NCBI GenBank assembly: GCA_964597575.1
Contig: CAZQXB010000001.1
Span: forward strand, 964-64,963
Reading direction: 5' to 3'
Origin: an uncultured Gammaproteobacteria bacterium
Lineage (GTDB): Bacteria; Patescibacteriota; Patescibacteriia; Magasanikbacterales; UBA922
Length of the DNA: 64,000 nucleotides
This document shows positions 7,910 to 21,107 of the stretch, one piece after another. The translations under genes were made by a program, and so were the position numbers. Within the stretch, counting starts at the first letter, position 1. Each line of letters starts with the position of its first letter. Below the pieces are notes generated by a model. It was not told where the DNA came from. It was given only the letters and a program-made list of their open reading frames with translations, and did not search any database.

Positions 7910-8110
7910 TTACCCTCCAGTATACTGACTAAAAAGCCCAAAGACGTAATCTAAGAAACTTCCTCCGAAATAGACGGTCAATACCAGCAAAAGAAGGCTA
8001 AGAAAAACACACCCGCCACACCCCGAAGACTCCAGGATCGCCTTACGATCTTCATCTGTTACACCAAGATCTTTTAATACCTTATCTTCGATAATTCCTG
8101 GAGGGGTCAT
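7910..8110 (-). CDS. Small membrane protein (66 aa, 1 TM, CGGC motif)
   Basis: Its ATG overlaps the stop of the upstream gene (ATGA), indicating translational coupling. Confidence 0.4.
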   Translation of the reverse strand: MTPPGIIEDKVLKDLGVTDEDRKAILESSGCGGCVFLSLLLLVLTVYFGGSFLDYVFGLFSQYTGG

Positions 8111-8403
8111 ATAATATGGCCTCCTCTAAAAAAACGAAAGCATCGCGATAGCACTAATCCGCAAAAGAGAAAAATAAGGACTAGACCAATAAGGGATGTA
8201 TCAAAAAAATTCCATTGAATAACCCTCCATATTGTCACACAAGAGAGAAGGGCAATGTATGTATATACCGCAAATGTAACACTCGCCAAAAGGCGGACAG
8301 GAAGTGCCTCACCCCAGGCGAGAAGCGCGCGAATAAGCTGCCAAAACGTGGCACGTACTCCTATCCAGGCAGTATTTCCCTTAAATAAAACGGGCTGATC
8401 CAT
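8107..8403 (-). CDS. Small membrane protein (98 aa, 2 TM)
   Basis: ORF track. It lies directly downstream of the YjdF-like gene with a short spacer and a partial Shine-Dalgarno sequence. Confidence 0.45.
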   Translation of the reverse strand: MDQPVLFKGNTAWIGVRATFWQLIRALLAWGEALPVRLLASVTFAVYTYIALLSCVTIWRVIQWNFFDTSLIGLVLIFLFCGLVLSRCFRFFRGGHII

Positions 8404-8429
8404 ATACCTTCATCCTACTTAAAAAGCAT

Positions 8430-9074
8430 TTATTTGACAAGAGAGGCCTCACCTTTGTTTGGAAGAAATTTGGTGAGCATTTGATCGTGCATCCTCGACA
8501 AGAAAAGAAAGGCCGTAGTCGCACCAATGAGGCACAGGAGCATATCTGACTGGGTATCCCAGACATAGCCCTGGGTTCCAAGGAAATCAGTAGTCGCTTC
8601 CCCACCAGTAACAGCCCCAAACCATTCAATAAATTCGTATACCGCACTCATCGCTAAACAAACTGAGACGACAATAAAAGGCAGCCATCTTTTTTTCGCC
8701 ACCACCCCGAGACGAATAAACACTTCTCGAATAGCTAATGCCGGCACAAACCCCTGCATGAAGTGCCCCACTTTATCATAGTTATTTCTCTCAAATACCC
8801 CCCACTCCTTCAACCACTCGAATGCAGGGACTTTCGCATAGGTGTACTTCGCCCCGATCATCAGAACAATGGTGTGGAGGGCAATAAAGCAATACAAAAA
8901 TGGTGTAAGGGGAAATCGTTTTCGTGTAACAAAAAGAACAATAAACGCGATGGCCGCTGGGGCCACCTCTAGCACCCAAGTAAAGTAATCATGGGGTTTG
9001 TACGCCGACCATCCAAGAACAAAAAGACAGATGGCAACAAGAATCTTTTTATAATGCGTCTCCAAAAATGACAT
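8430..9074 (-). CDS. Polytopic inner-membrane protein, YjdF/DUF2238-like
   Basis: It is 214 aa with ~5-6 hydrophobic helices. The family assignment rests on length, topology and remembered motifs only. Confidence 0.45.
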   Translation of the reverse strand: MSFLETHYKKILVAICLFVLGWSAYKPHDYFTWVLEVAPAAIAFIVLFVTRKRFPLTPFLYCFIALHTIVLMIGAKYTYAKVPAFEWLKEWGVFERNNYDKVGHFMQGFVPALAIREVFIRLGVVAKKRWLPFIVVSVCLAMSAVYEFIEWFGAVTGGEATTDFLGTQGYVWDTQSDMLLCLIGATTAFLFLSRMHDQMLTKFLPNKGEASLVK

Positions 9075-9077
9075 AGC

Positions 9078-10001
9078 TTATGAAGAAGCGCTCCAACGCG
9101 CAAAAATACCACAGGGAAGTAATCGACCGCTTTCTTTTTCTGCAATGGTAAGCTCACCCATTTCAACCGACCCACCAAATGATTTCATAAAATGGTCGAG
9201 GTTATTTTTGTAGGCAATTGCCGAATATCCTGAGGCATACCCATTCACGAGGAAAAAAAGAGCTTCTTCAGAAAACAATTGTTGGCACAGGCCAAAAAGA
9301 GGAAGTAAACTTTCTTCAATCTTCCACACCTCCCCATCGGGCCCATGCCCAAAGGCTGGTGGGTCCATTATTACCCCCTCGTATTTGTTGCCGCGTTTGA
9401 TTTCTCGTTTTACAAACGCCACGGCATCATCCAAAATCCAGCGGATGGGTTTCTCTTTCAGTCCTGAGAGTTCAGCATTATCTCGACCCCACCCAATCGC
9501 GACTTTTGAACCATCGACATGCACCACTTTCGCTCCCGCTTGTGCCGCAGCTAAACTTGCACCACCAGTATAGCCGAACAAATTCAGCACCCGAACCTCT
9601 TTTCCCTCGCGTCGCTTCACTTGCTCACGAATAAAATCCCAGTTCGTGGCTTGTTCAGGAAAAAGACCGGTGTGTTTAAAACTTGATGGTTTAATATAAA
9701 AAGAAAGGCCTGCAAAATTGATCGGCCACCGTTCTGGAACAACACCACGAAATTCCCAACCTGCATTTTTACTTTCACGAGTAAAATGCGCCTGGGCGGC
9801 TTGCCACTCTTTTTCACTAAGGCGTTTCGGCCAAAGCGCTTGTGGATCCGGGCGAGATACCACAACATCACCATACCGTTCTAATTTTTCACCATCTCCA
9901 GAATCGAGGAGTTCGTAATCCTTTGAAGGAGTGACTATAAGAAGAGAGATCATAGAAGAAGTAATTTCCCCTATCATACGGGAGAAATCGGTTTCAGGCA
10001 A
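9078..10001 (-). CDS. Class I SAM-dependent RNA methyltransferase, RlmI/YccW-like
   Basis: Motifs VLNLFGYTGGASLAAAQAGA (SAM-binding motif I) and IMDPPAFG (motif IV). The true start may be the internal Met near 9953. Confidence 0.65.
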   Translation of the reverse strand: MPETDFSRMIGEITSSMISLLIVTPSKDYELLDSGDGEKLERYGDVVVSRPDPQALWPKRLSEKEWQAAQAHFTRESKNAGWEFRGVVPERWPINFAGLSFYIKPSSFKHTGLFPEQATNWDFIREQVKRREGKEVRVLNLFGYTGGASLAAAQAGAKVVHVDGSKVAIGWGRDNAELSGLKEKPIRWILDDAVAFVKREIKRGNKYEGVIMDPPAFGHGPDGEVWKIEESLLPLFGLCQQLFSEEALFFLVNGYASGYSAIAYKNNLDHFMKSFGGSVEMGELTIAEKESGRLLPCGIFARWSASS

Positions 10002-10012
10002 CGGGTTTTTCT

Positions 10013-10996
10013 TTAGGGATAGATAAGGCTATGAAGTGCCTTCCCTAACCTCTCTGGATCATGTCGGACTAAACTTCTGGTCAAAACATCGCCAGTATCA
10101 CGCACAACCTCTTCCCGAGCAGCAAGGTCTTCCCGCACCACCTTGTAGTGAGTATCATCACTAAAATCATCTATGATAGGATGCTCACCCTTCTCAATAT
10201 ACGCTTGGGTTGCCTTTTCTGGAAGTGTACCACGATGAAGTAAAACAACATCAGGCTCTCGCCCAGTATACTTTGCTAACTCTGTCACCATATGTGCTCC
10301 ACCCATCCAATGGGTCTGGCCTTTTTTAGTCATTAAATTCGTCACGAATACCAGCTTAGCCTTCGAGCTTTGAATTGCTTCTTTCATTCCGGGTACGAGA
10401 AGAGCGGCAATGATTGTGGTATACAGGTCTCCGGGCCCCACAATGATAACATCCGACGAGAGAATCGCTTCAATAGCGCGCTCATAGGGTTTTGGTTTGG
10501 GCTCAAGCGTCACTTTAACAATTTTTTTATCTTTCGGGTGTTCTGGCTCATCAATAGCATGTTCGCCTTTTACCACAGCACCGTCATCATATGTAGCCAC
10601 CAGGGTGGTTTTTGTAAGTGAGGCAGGAAGAACATTTCCCTTCACATGAAAAAGCGTCCGCATTGCTTCAATAGCCTCGACTTCACCCCCACGCATTTCG
10701 GAAAGGCCGATCATGACAAGGTTTCCGAGTGTGTGCCCTTTTAACCCACGGCCTTTTGAAAAACGAAACGTAAATAGCTGTCGCAAAATATCGTTTCCAC
10801 TTGGGGCGAGCGCGATAATTGATTTCCGCAAATCAGACAGTGGGAGAAGTCCAAACTCATCGCGCACCACACGATTACTTCCCCCGTCGTCAACCATATT
10901 TACAATAACTGACAAGTCGATGTCCTCGTAGGTTCGCAATCCAGAAAGAGTAACGGTTGTACCGGTCCCTCCCCCAATAACAACAACGCGTTTCAT
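10013..10996 (-). CDS. yvcK: YvcK/UPF0052 gluconeogenesis-factor family protein (CofD-like)
   Basis: MKRVVVIGGGTGTTVTLSGLR N-terminal glycine-rich motif. Length and overall conservation match the YvcK family. Confidence 0.75.
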   Translation of the reverse strand: MKRVVVIGGGTGTTVTLSGLRTYEDIDLSVIVNMVDDGGSNRVVRDEFGLLPLSDLRKSIIALAPSGNDILRQLFTFRFSKGRGLKGHTLGNLVMIGLSEMRGGEVEAIEAMRTLFHVKGNVLPASLTKTTLVATYDDGAVVKGEHAIDEPEHPKDKKIVKVTLEPKPKPYERAIEAILSSDVIIVGPGDLYTTIIAALLVPGMKEAIQSSKAKLVFVTNLMTKKGQTHWMGGAHMVTELAKYTGREPDVVLLHRGTLPEKATQAYIEKGEHPIIDDFSDDTHYKVVREDLAAREEVVRDTGDVLTRSLVRHDPERLGKALHSLIYP

Positions 10997-11658
10997 ACAG
11001 GGAGTGATAAAGCGACGCGAAACTTTGGATCATTAAAGCCGGTACAAATAACGTCCGCGATATCAAATGCCCCATGGCTCCACCGTGGATCCGGAACAGC
11101 AATGCAGGTCATACCAGCTGCCTTTGCCGATCGCACTCCGTTTTCAGAATCCTCAATCACAACACATTCCTCAGGTTCTACCCCAAGCACCTTCGCCGCA
11201 TGAAGATACACATCGGGTGCCGGCTTCCCCACTCCCCCCACATGATCAACGGAAATAAGTGCATCAAAATAGGGTTGCCACAAAAAACGTTCAACAATTT
11301 TTTCAATACGGGGTAATGTGGCGGCCGAAGCAATCGCTGTTTTATACTGATGCTCTTTTGCCAAACGGAGCACTTCTGCTACCCCCGGAAGGGGGGTAGC
11401 GTGTGTTTCATACACTACTTCACTCTGTGCTGCGTACTCTTCAACTAACGCCTCAATTGGCTCATTCCAACCATACACAATCTTCGCCCACTCCATATTT
11501 TGTTTGAATCCTTTTCCGGATAAATTTCTTTTTAATTCTTTGGAATATGGTACACCTCGCGATTCAAAAAACATGGAAATAGCCGTATCCCAGTGAATCT
11601 CGCTATCAACCAAGACTCCGTCCATATCATAAAGAACTGCCGCAAATGATGATTTCAT
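10993..11658 (-). CDS. HAD-IA family hydrolase (beta-phosphoglucomutase-like)
   Basis: DMDGVLVDSE motif I. S/T motif II and K...D motifs at typical spacing. 4-nt overlap with yvcK. Confidence 0.7.
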   Translation of the reverse strand: MKSSFAAVLYDMDGVLVDSEIHWDTAISMFFESRGVPYSKELKRNLSGKGFKQNMEWAKIVYGWNEPIEALVEEYAAQSEVVYETHATPLPGVAEVLRLAKEHQYKTAIASAATLPRIEKIVERFLWQPYFDALISVDHVGGVGKPAPDVYLHAAKVLGVEPEECVVIEDSENGVRSAKAAGMTCIAVPDPRWSHGAFDIADVICTGFNDPKFRVALSLPV

Positions 11659-11675
11659 AAAAAATGTAATCTATA

Positions 11676-12431
11676 CTACCTCTCCCGTTTCCGCTCTTTG
11701 GCAACGCGAAGTTCTTCCGGAGTATTTACCCCGCACCATTCTTTTGGATTCTTGAGAGGAATCACCTGGTACAACTTTCCATCTGCTTTGGCAATCTCAA
11801 GAGTTTGTGGTAAACCCAATTCACCCAAATTCTTGATCGGTGTAATACGGGGAAAGATAGACTCAAACCACACTCGGTCAAACACGAAAGTTCCTGTGCT
11901 AATTTCAGAAATAACCCGCTGCTCTTCGGTAAGGTTCTCTTTTTCCACAATCGAAACCTCTCCGTTTCCCCCTCGTACCACCCGGCCAAGAGTTGTGAGT
12001 CCGGGAATATCCGCCGAGAGTAAAGAAAGAGTGAATCCCCCAGCAATATGACTTTCTACCAATTGACGCAATGTCTCCGGACGATAAAAAGCGCTATCGT
12101 CTCCACCCATCACGAGTACATGGGAAATTTCTTGGGACAGGGCACGTATGCCCGTATATGCTGCATGGGCAGTCCCCTTTCGCTCTTTTTGCTCAGCATA
12201 CACCACTTGAGCACCAAAATGGGCCTGAATGGTTTCCCCATGAAAGCCAATGACCAGAACTATCCTCTCAGGGGTGAAACCGACGTCCCCCAACGTTTGA
12301 ACAGTATATTCAATCATTGGCTTACCTTCTAAAGGAAGCATGACTTTTGGTATGTCGGTACAGCCAAGTCGGGTGCCTTGACCCGCTGCCATAACCACAG
12401 CACCACAGGTTTGAGGGAACATAGAGGACAT
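11676..12431 (-). CDS. Sugar-phosphate nucleotidyltransferase (NTP_transferase family)
   Basis: AAGQGTRLG...KVMLPL motif near the N-terminus. Confidence 0.65.
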   Translation of the reverse strand: MSSMFPQTCGAVVMAAGQGTRLGCTDIPKVMLPLEGKPMIEYTVQTLGDVGFTPERIVLVIGFHGETIQAHFGAQVVYAEQKERKGTAHAAYTGIRALSQEISHVLVMGGDDSAFYRPETLRQLVESHIAGGFTLSLLSADIPGLTTLGRVVRGGNGEVSIVEKENLTEEQRVISEISTGTFVFDRVWFESIFPRITPIKNLGELGLPQTLEIAKADGKLYQVIPLKNPKEWCGVNTPEELRVAKERKRER

Positions 12432-12455
12432 AGAAAATAAGCGCTCCCTCTTTTT

Positions 12456-13397
12456 TTAAAAACGGTTTGCACTTCCAAACAAATGTATTTTACGCGCCAC
12501 CACCTCGCTCATCTTGTCTCGATCAGCACCAAGGTAGGTGCGCATATCAATCACATCGGGTTTGGTATCAAGCGTCTCTCGAATACCTGCAAGCATTGCC
12601 AAACGCAAATCAGTGTCAACATTAATTTTAACAACACCGTGCGCAATCGCTAAACGAATCATCTCATCAGACACCCCGTGCGCTTCTTCAATCTCTCCAC
12701 CATGGGCATTAATTGTCTCTACTAAATCTGATAAAACTCCTGAAGCGCCATGAAGAACCAGTGGCACATTAGGGAGGAGCGCATGAATTTCTTTGAGGCG
12801 CTCAATATCTAAATGCGCCTCACCCTTAAACTTGTGCGCCCCGTGTGAAGTACCGATAGAAACGGCCAATGAATCACAACCCGTTCTTTCAACGAACTCT
12901 TTAGCTTTGGCAGGGTCCGTGTATGCACCACCACTCATTTTTCCGCCTTCCCCTGCATCAAACTGCTCACCCACCAATTCACCGAGTTCCGCCTCAACCG
13001 TCACGCCCTGCGGATGCGCATATTCAACTACTTTTTTTGTCAGCGCAATGTTTTCTTCAAATGATTTTGCTGAGGCATCGATCATAACCGACGAAGCTCC
13101 GGCTTCCATCGCGGTGCGGCACGTATCATAATCTGGCCCGTGATCTTGATGAATCACAAGTGGCACATCAGGATGTTCTTTCGATGCGGTTTGAAGAAGG
13201 GCAATGAGATATTCTGTTCCGGCAAACTCACGAGCACCTTTACTAAACTGAGCAATAACGGGTGAATGAAGTTTCGCAGCCGTTCGCACAACCGCCTGCA
13301 CCATTTCCATGGAATTTACATTGAACGCTGGGATCGCGTACCCATGCTGCATGGCGTCTTTAAATAATTCTTTGGTGGTCACTATGGGCATACACAA
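12456..13397 (-). CDS. fba: Class II fructose-bisphosphate aldolase
   Basis: AIPAFNVNSMEMVQAVV, IHQDHG and the metal-binding His motifs. Confidence 0.85.
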   Translation of the reverse strand: MCMPIVTTKELFKDAMQHGYAIPAFNVNSMEMVQAVVRTAAKLHSPVIAQFSKGAREFAGTEYLIALLQTASKEHPDVPLVIHQDHGPDYDTCRTAMEAGASSVMIDASAKSFEENIALTKKVVEYAHPQGVTVEAELGELVGEQFDAGEGGKMSGGAYTDPAKAKEFVERTGCDSLAVSIGTSHGAHKFKGEAHLDIERLKEIHALLPNVPLVLHGASGVLSDLVETINAHGGEIEEAHGVSDEMIRLAIAHGVVKINVDTDLRLAMLAGIRETLDTKPDVIDMRTYLGADRDKMSEVVARKIHLFGSANRF

Positions 13398-13467
13398 AAA
13401 GATGAAACGTTTGCCATTACTCTACCAGTCGCTGATGCAAAATACAACTCAACTGGAGCCAGAAGGA

Positions 13468-13500
13468 GGTTTTAAAAAGGCACCCTGCGGTGCCTTTTTC
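13468..13500 (-). terminator. Rho-independent terminator downstream of the 13507-13851 gene
   Basis: aaaaaggcaccc-tgc-gggtgccttttt(c) forms a perfect hairpin followed by a T-run on the minus strand. Confidence 0.6.
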
Positions 13501-13506
13501 TTGATT

Positions 13507-13851
13507 CTATTCTTCAACTGCAGTTGTGGCCTGCTCCCAAAGTTCTTGTACCTCTTGCTCAAATTGCAAATCTTCAGAGTGATCAGAATACCACTGCTCA
13601 AAAGCAACGCGGAGCTCATCAACGTCAGTCGCATTTTCAAATAAATCTTCAAGAAGGGCGTACTTTTCTTGATGCGACATCACCATGTCTTCTTCCATCT
13701 CTTTAAACAATTGCTCAATATGAGTAAGCACTGCTCGTTTTGTTTGTTGATAGCGTTCTTCGTGCATAAAAAAGAGAAAAAAGAAGAAAGAGATAAAAGA
13801 TGAACATGATGAATATAACACATTATAGAAACTGTGCAACAGTCTCGACAT
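13507..13851 (-). CDS. Hypothetical acidic helical protein
   Basis: ORF followed by a terminator. The N-terminal part of the ORF-track protein is low complexity, so the real start is probably MHEERYQQTK. No recognisable domain. Confidence 0.35.
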   Translation of the reverse strand: MSRLLHSFYNVLYSSCSSFISFFFFLFFMHEERYQQTKRAVLTHIEQLFKEMEEDMVMSHQEKYALLEDLFENATDVDELRVAFEQWYSDHSEDLQFEQEVQELWEQATTAVEE

Positions 13852-14077
13852 GTGGACAAAAAGAAAAGCGTCGACAAAAGTGGAACGCGGGAAAAAAACT
13901 TCTCATTTCATCTTATGTACCGCCAGAGATGAGAGGGGGCTCGGATGATATGTCTCACTTTTTGTAAAAAATTAAGAATCTAAAAACCGGACCAGATTAG
14001 AGAGGGGAACAAAGTTGCTCGACACCTTCTAACCTAGCCCGGCCGGTGCGCGAATGCGCGTTTCGCTCGAGCGTATA

Positions 14078-14599
14078 TTACGCGAGCAATTTCGTGAGTT
14101 CGAGCTTCGCCTGGTGCACGAGCCCCTTCACGGCAAGTACCGTGGTCTGGAGTTCTTCGGCGATCTCTTCGAGAGACTTTCCGATGAGGTAAAGCCTGAT
14201 GGCACTTTGCCGCTTCGGAGTAAGCTTGCTGATTGCCCAATTCAGAGCATAGGCTTGGCGACGCTTCTCGAGCACAGAGTCAGGAGACTCGTCGTTGTCG
14301 GCCGCGGCCACCTCTTCGTCGAGCTCGTCAGTCACGCGATGCTTCCTTCTACGCAACTCATCGAGGGACAGGTTGCGAACGATCTGGAAAAACCACGTGG
14401 ATGGTTTGGCCCGGCCGTTGAACTTCGAACGGTTTGCGTAAGCCTGCATGAAAGCCCTTTGCGCAACGTCCTCTGCAACCTCAGGATTCCGAAGAATCTT
14501 TTCTGCCACTCCGCAAGCTGATCCGCGATATCTGCGGAAGAGCTCCACGAAGCTCGCATCATTGAGCACGTTTGTAGTTGCCACTGTTCCGCTGTTCAT
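14078..14599 (-). CDS. ECF-type RNA polymerase sigma-70 factor, located in a GC-rich island
   Basis: Region 2 (FMQAYANRSKFNGRAKPSTWFFQIVRNL) and region 4 HTH (LTPKRQSAIRLYLIGKSLEEIAEELQTTVLAVKGLVHQAK). About 58% GC versus ~43% in the flanks. Confidence 0.75.
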   Translation of the reverse strand: MNSGTVATTNVLNDASFVELFRRYRGSACGVAEKILRNPEVAEDVAQRAFMQAYANRSKFNGRAKPSTWFFQIVRNLSLDELRRRKHRVTDELDEEVAAADNDESPDSVLEKRRQAYALNWAISKLTPKRQSAIRLYLIGKSLEEIAEELQTTVLAVKGLVHQAKLELTKLLA

Positions 14600-14794
14600 G
14601 ATTCCCTCTCCCCGTTCTCAGGCGAATTTGCCCGCATGTTTGTCTCAACTGTTTCTCTAAAAAAATAATACTGCCATCTGGCAATAGGTACAAGCAAGTA
14701 CCAGAATGACCAATCACAGTATCACAGAAGCACTCTTTTGTCAATGTGATTGTGCCAATACTATATATAAAAATATCTAAAATAAGCTAAAAAA

Positions 14795-14812
14795 CAACAA
14801 AACCACGATAAA
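14795..14812 (-). terminator. Terminator after the 5S rRNA
   Basis: The minus strand reads ccacg-tttat-cgtgg followed by ttttgttgtttttt. Confidence 0.5.
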
Positions 14813-14845
14813 CGTGGCATGTAGGAAATTGATCGTGAAGTATAT

Positions 14846-14960
14846 AGTTCCTGGCACTGGCCTACTCTTGCCTTGCGACTACCATTGGCGCTGACAGGCT
14901 TAACTGCCGAGTTCGAGATGGGATCGGGTGTGGCCCTGTCGCTCATAGCACCAGGAACAA
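14846..14960 (-). rRNA. rrf: 5S rRNA
   Basis: The reverse complement contains canonical 5S segments (ccgatcccatctcgaactcggcagttaagc...). Ends are approximate, +/-5 nt. Confidence 0.85.
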
Positions 14961-15007
14961 TATACTCCATGATTTGTACCCAACAAAAAAATGTATTCAA
15001 GCACGTG

Positions 15008-18400
<3,393 letters not shown>

Positions 18401-18736
18401 AAAACACAAAATTGTACTTCCGCCTATTTTATATACTCTATAAAATAGATGTGTTGCTTACATTTGTTGGTTGGTACGTCAATTGTAATGGGCAATACTC
18501 CAGCACAGTCAGTCTGTCAGCATCGAAACAGTCACACGACTTTCCAAAATGTTTTTGGACAATCGTGTATTTATTTCACGAAAAAAACCGCGTCGTCGCG
18601 GCCTATGGGTCGCACGTCTGACGTCTTGGTTTGGTCACTGGTTTTACCCAGTGGTTAGTTGTAACACGGAGAAGCGAATGTTACTGTGCCAAACCCAGAG
18701 GTCTAGAGGCTTTTCAGCCAGACGTGGTCCTTTTGA

Positions 18737-18766
18737 GGGAAACTTGCACATTTCATTTGTGTTGAC
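18737..18766 (-). promoter_or_regulatory. Sigma-70-like promoter upstream of the 23S-5S operon
   Basis: The minus strand reads TTGACA-cccctcaagaaggcgtg-TATCAT with a 17-nt spacer, embedded in a near-palindrome. Confidence 0.4.
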
Positions 18767-18949
18767 ATGATACACGCCTTCTTGAGGGGTGTCAAGGGGA
18801 AGAAATACGTCCAAACTGTGGAAAAGTGTGGATAGGTGTGGATAAGTAAGCGAGGCCACTCAAATGAATTGAAAACAGCGCAGATTCCGAGAGTTATGGA
18901 TTCTGCGCTGCCCTTGAAAAAATAAGATGGGCTCTCCCCGCCATCTTCC

Positions 18950-19474
18950 CTACTTTCCGGGCCTCGATCGTGGTCGGACTGCGGCGTCCCCCGGACCAAC
19001 AGCACGAGAACGGTGTCGCCACGGCTCTGCGATAGGTGGCATGGGGTCGACCTCGACGTCTTCGGGGTTCCCTTGCTCGCGCTCACACACCTGCTTCAGC
19101 TTTCTCCGAAACGCTGCGATACACCGAGTGGTCACGATGGCGTGGTTGTCCCCAAACAAAGGGGCGGCGGCCAACGCGAGCGCCTCATCCCGTTCACCAC
19201 TCAGAATATCCGCAGCCGAACTTTTTTCGAGCTCTGCCACAAATACGGCGAACAATTGGTCGAGGCTGGGGATCTCGGGGGACGTTCCGGAAGGTGCACG
19301 CTCCCTCCTTCTTGTGGCCGAACTCGATAGATGGGCGTAGAGCCCAATAACCTCGTTATCGAGATTGCCCACACCCGTTTTTTCGACGAGCACTCTTCGC
19401 AGGATTTCGTCGAGAGAAGCTTGCCTGAATCCGGTCATTTTTGTGTAAACCTCCGGCACATATCGTGCGCTCAA
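18950..19474 (-). CDS. Hypothetical protein in a GC-rich island (174 aa)
   Basis: ORF with ~60% GC and a downstream imperfect hairpin at 18877-18915. No recognisable domain. Confidence 0.35.
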   Translation of the reverse strand: MSARYVPEVYTKMTGFRQASLDEILRRVLVEKTGVGNLDNEVIGLYAHLSSSATRRRERAPSGTSPEIPSLDQLFAVFVAELEKSSAADILSGERDEALALAAAPLFGDNHAIVTTRCIAAFRRKLKQVCEREQGNPEDVEVDPMPPIAEPWRHRSRAVGPGDAAVRPRSRPGK

Positions 19475-19547
19475 TTGCCGCTTTTGTCAATACTTCCTTC
19501 AGTTGAAACTTCCCTCTTTTTCTTCTATACTCACCGTACATTCCTCT

Positions 19548-20027
19548 ATGTTATCTATTCATATTATTGTTGTTGGGAGCCACAAAGAATCGTATTTTAA
19601 AGAAGCTGAAGCAGAATACCTGAAACGACTCACTCCGTATGCAAAAATAAAAATAACACAAATACCCGAACACTCTTTTCGAGCAGATGAACCCCGAGAA
19701 AAAAGCCAAGAAGTTGAGGCCGAAAAAATCATGAAATATCTTTTGGGAGATGCAGGGAATACCTATATTATAGTGCTCGATGAAAAAGGAAAGCTGAAAG
19801 ATTCCGTTGCACTGAGCAAGCACCTTCAAGAAATCGGCCAAAATGGCACGCCGCTTACGATTATTATTGGAGGGCCTCGCGGACTCTCCCCTTCACTTGT
19901 GAAAAAAGCCAACCTGGTGCTCTCCCTATCTCCTCTTACATTTCCTCATCAGCTTGTTCGTGTTATACTCGCGGAACAACTGTACCGAGCGGGAACCATT
20001 GCCGCCGGTAAAACCTACCATTATTAA
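19548..20027 (+). CDS. rlmH: 23S rRNA (pseudouridine1915-N3)-methyltransferase RlmH (SPOUT)
   Basis: IIVVGSHKESYF...GGPRGLS...LSLSPLTFPHQLVRVILAEQLYRA. The start was chosen at MLSIHII. Confidence 0.8.
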   Translation: MLSIHIIVVGSHKESYFKEAEAEYLKRLTPYAKIKITQIPEHSFRADEPREKSQEVEAEKIMKYLLGDAGNTYIIVLDEKGKLKDSVALSKHLQEIGQNGTPLTIIIGGPRGLSPSLVKKANLVLSLSPLTFPHQLVRVILAEQLYRAGTIAAGKTYHY

Positions 20028-20028
20028 T

Positions 20029-21099
20029 ATGTCTCAAGCAAAATCACGTTCTTGGCTTCTCCCACTTTCCATTCTTCTCAGCGGCGCGCTTATTGCTGGA
20101 ACTATTCTATATACGCAAAAAAATCCGAGTGAAGAAAAACAAAGAGAAACAAAAGCTATTCCGGAATGTACCGGTGCCGCGAGTCAACAATTTTCCTGCT
20201 TGAAAGATCGCTACCATGAACTGGTCATGCAACGCTCCACAAAAGAAGCGTTTGACGAACTGAAAACGACCTACAACACGAACACATTTGTGCAATCAAG
20301 CTGCCACCAACTTACTCATATTATTGGCCGCGCAGCTGCTGAGCGCTACGGGGATGTTCCGACTGCTTTTGGCCAAGGCGATAGTTTTTGCTGGAGTGGA
20401 CATTACCATGGAGTCATGGAATTTGTGGCGGCAAAAATCGGTTTAGAAAACCTAACAAAAGAATTACCGAATATTTGCAAAAGCATCGCCGAAAAAGACA
20501 CGTACTCATTCGACCACTATAACTGCGTGCACGGTTTGGGTCACGGGGTTATGGGGGTAAATAGTAATGAATTATTTGTAGCACTTGAAAGCTGTAACGC
20601 GCTGACCGATTGGTGGGAACGCGAATCATGTTACGGCGGAGTATTCATGGAAAATGTGATGGTGGATTTTAACAATGAAACCACAACAAAATATTTGAAA
20701 CCAGAAGACCCGATGTACCCATGCAACGCGGTTGAAGAAAAATACAAACAACAGTGCTACCTCATGCAAACATCGTATGCGCTCAAAGTGCAGGGCTATA
20801 ACTTCAAAACCGTGTTTGGCTTATGTGATGCAACAGAAGAAAAATTCCGTGATACCTGCTACCAAAGCTTAGGCCGCGACGCTTCTGGCAACACGGTCAG
20901 TAACTTGCAAGGCACCAAAGAGCGTTGCTTACTTGGGAAAGACTATCGTGCACAGTCAAACTGTGTTATCGGGGCCGTGAAAGATTTTGTTTCGTATCAT
21001 CACAGCGATGTTCAGGCGAAAGAACTCTGTAATGCTTTTGAACCAAAGATTGCTGAGCTGTGCCACGCGACGATAACCGAATACTACAAATCCTTCTAA
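20029..21099 (+). CDS. Cys/His-rich secreted or membrane-anchored protein of unknown function
   Basis: N-terminal TM/signal segment (WLLPLSILLSGALIAGTILY). Many Cys residues and repeated HG.GHG motifs (CVHGLGHGVMG, CWSGHYHGVMEF). Confidence 0.5.
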   Translation: MSQAKSRSWLLPLSILLSGALIAGTILYTQKNPSEEKQRETKAIPECTGAASQQFSCLKDRYHELVMQRSTKEAFDELKTTYNTNTFVQSSCHQLTHIIGRAAAERYGDVPTAFGQGDSFCWSGHYHGVMEFVAAKIGLENLTKELPNICKSIAEKDTYSFDHYNCVHGLGHGVMGVNSNELFVALESCNALTDWWERESCYGGVFMENVMVDFNNETTTKYLKPEDPMYPCNAVEEKYKQQCYLMQTSYALKVQGYNFKTVFGLCDATEEKFRDTCYQSLGRDASGNTVSNLQGTKERCLLGKDYRAQSNCVIGAVKDFVSYHHSDVQAKELCNAFEPKIAELCHATITEYYKSF

Positions 21100-21107
21100 A
21101 CTTTTTT

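Noticed and set aside
14054-14521. A 155-aa + strand ORF antisense to the ECF sigma factor gene
   Set aside because: The minus-strand frame carries clear sigma-70 region 2 and region 4 motifs. Antisense ORFs are expected by chance in GC-rich DNA.
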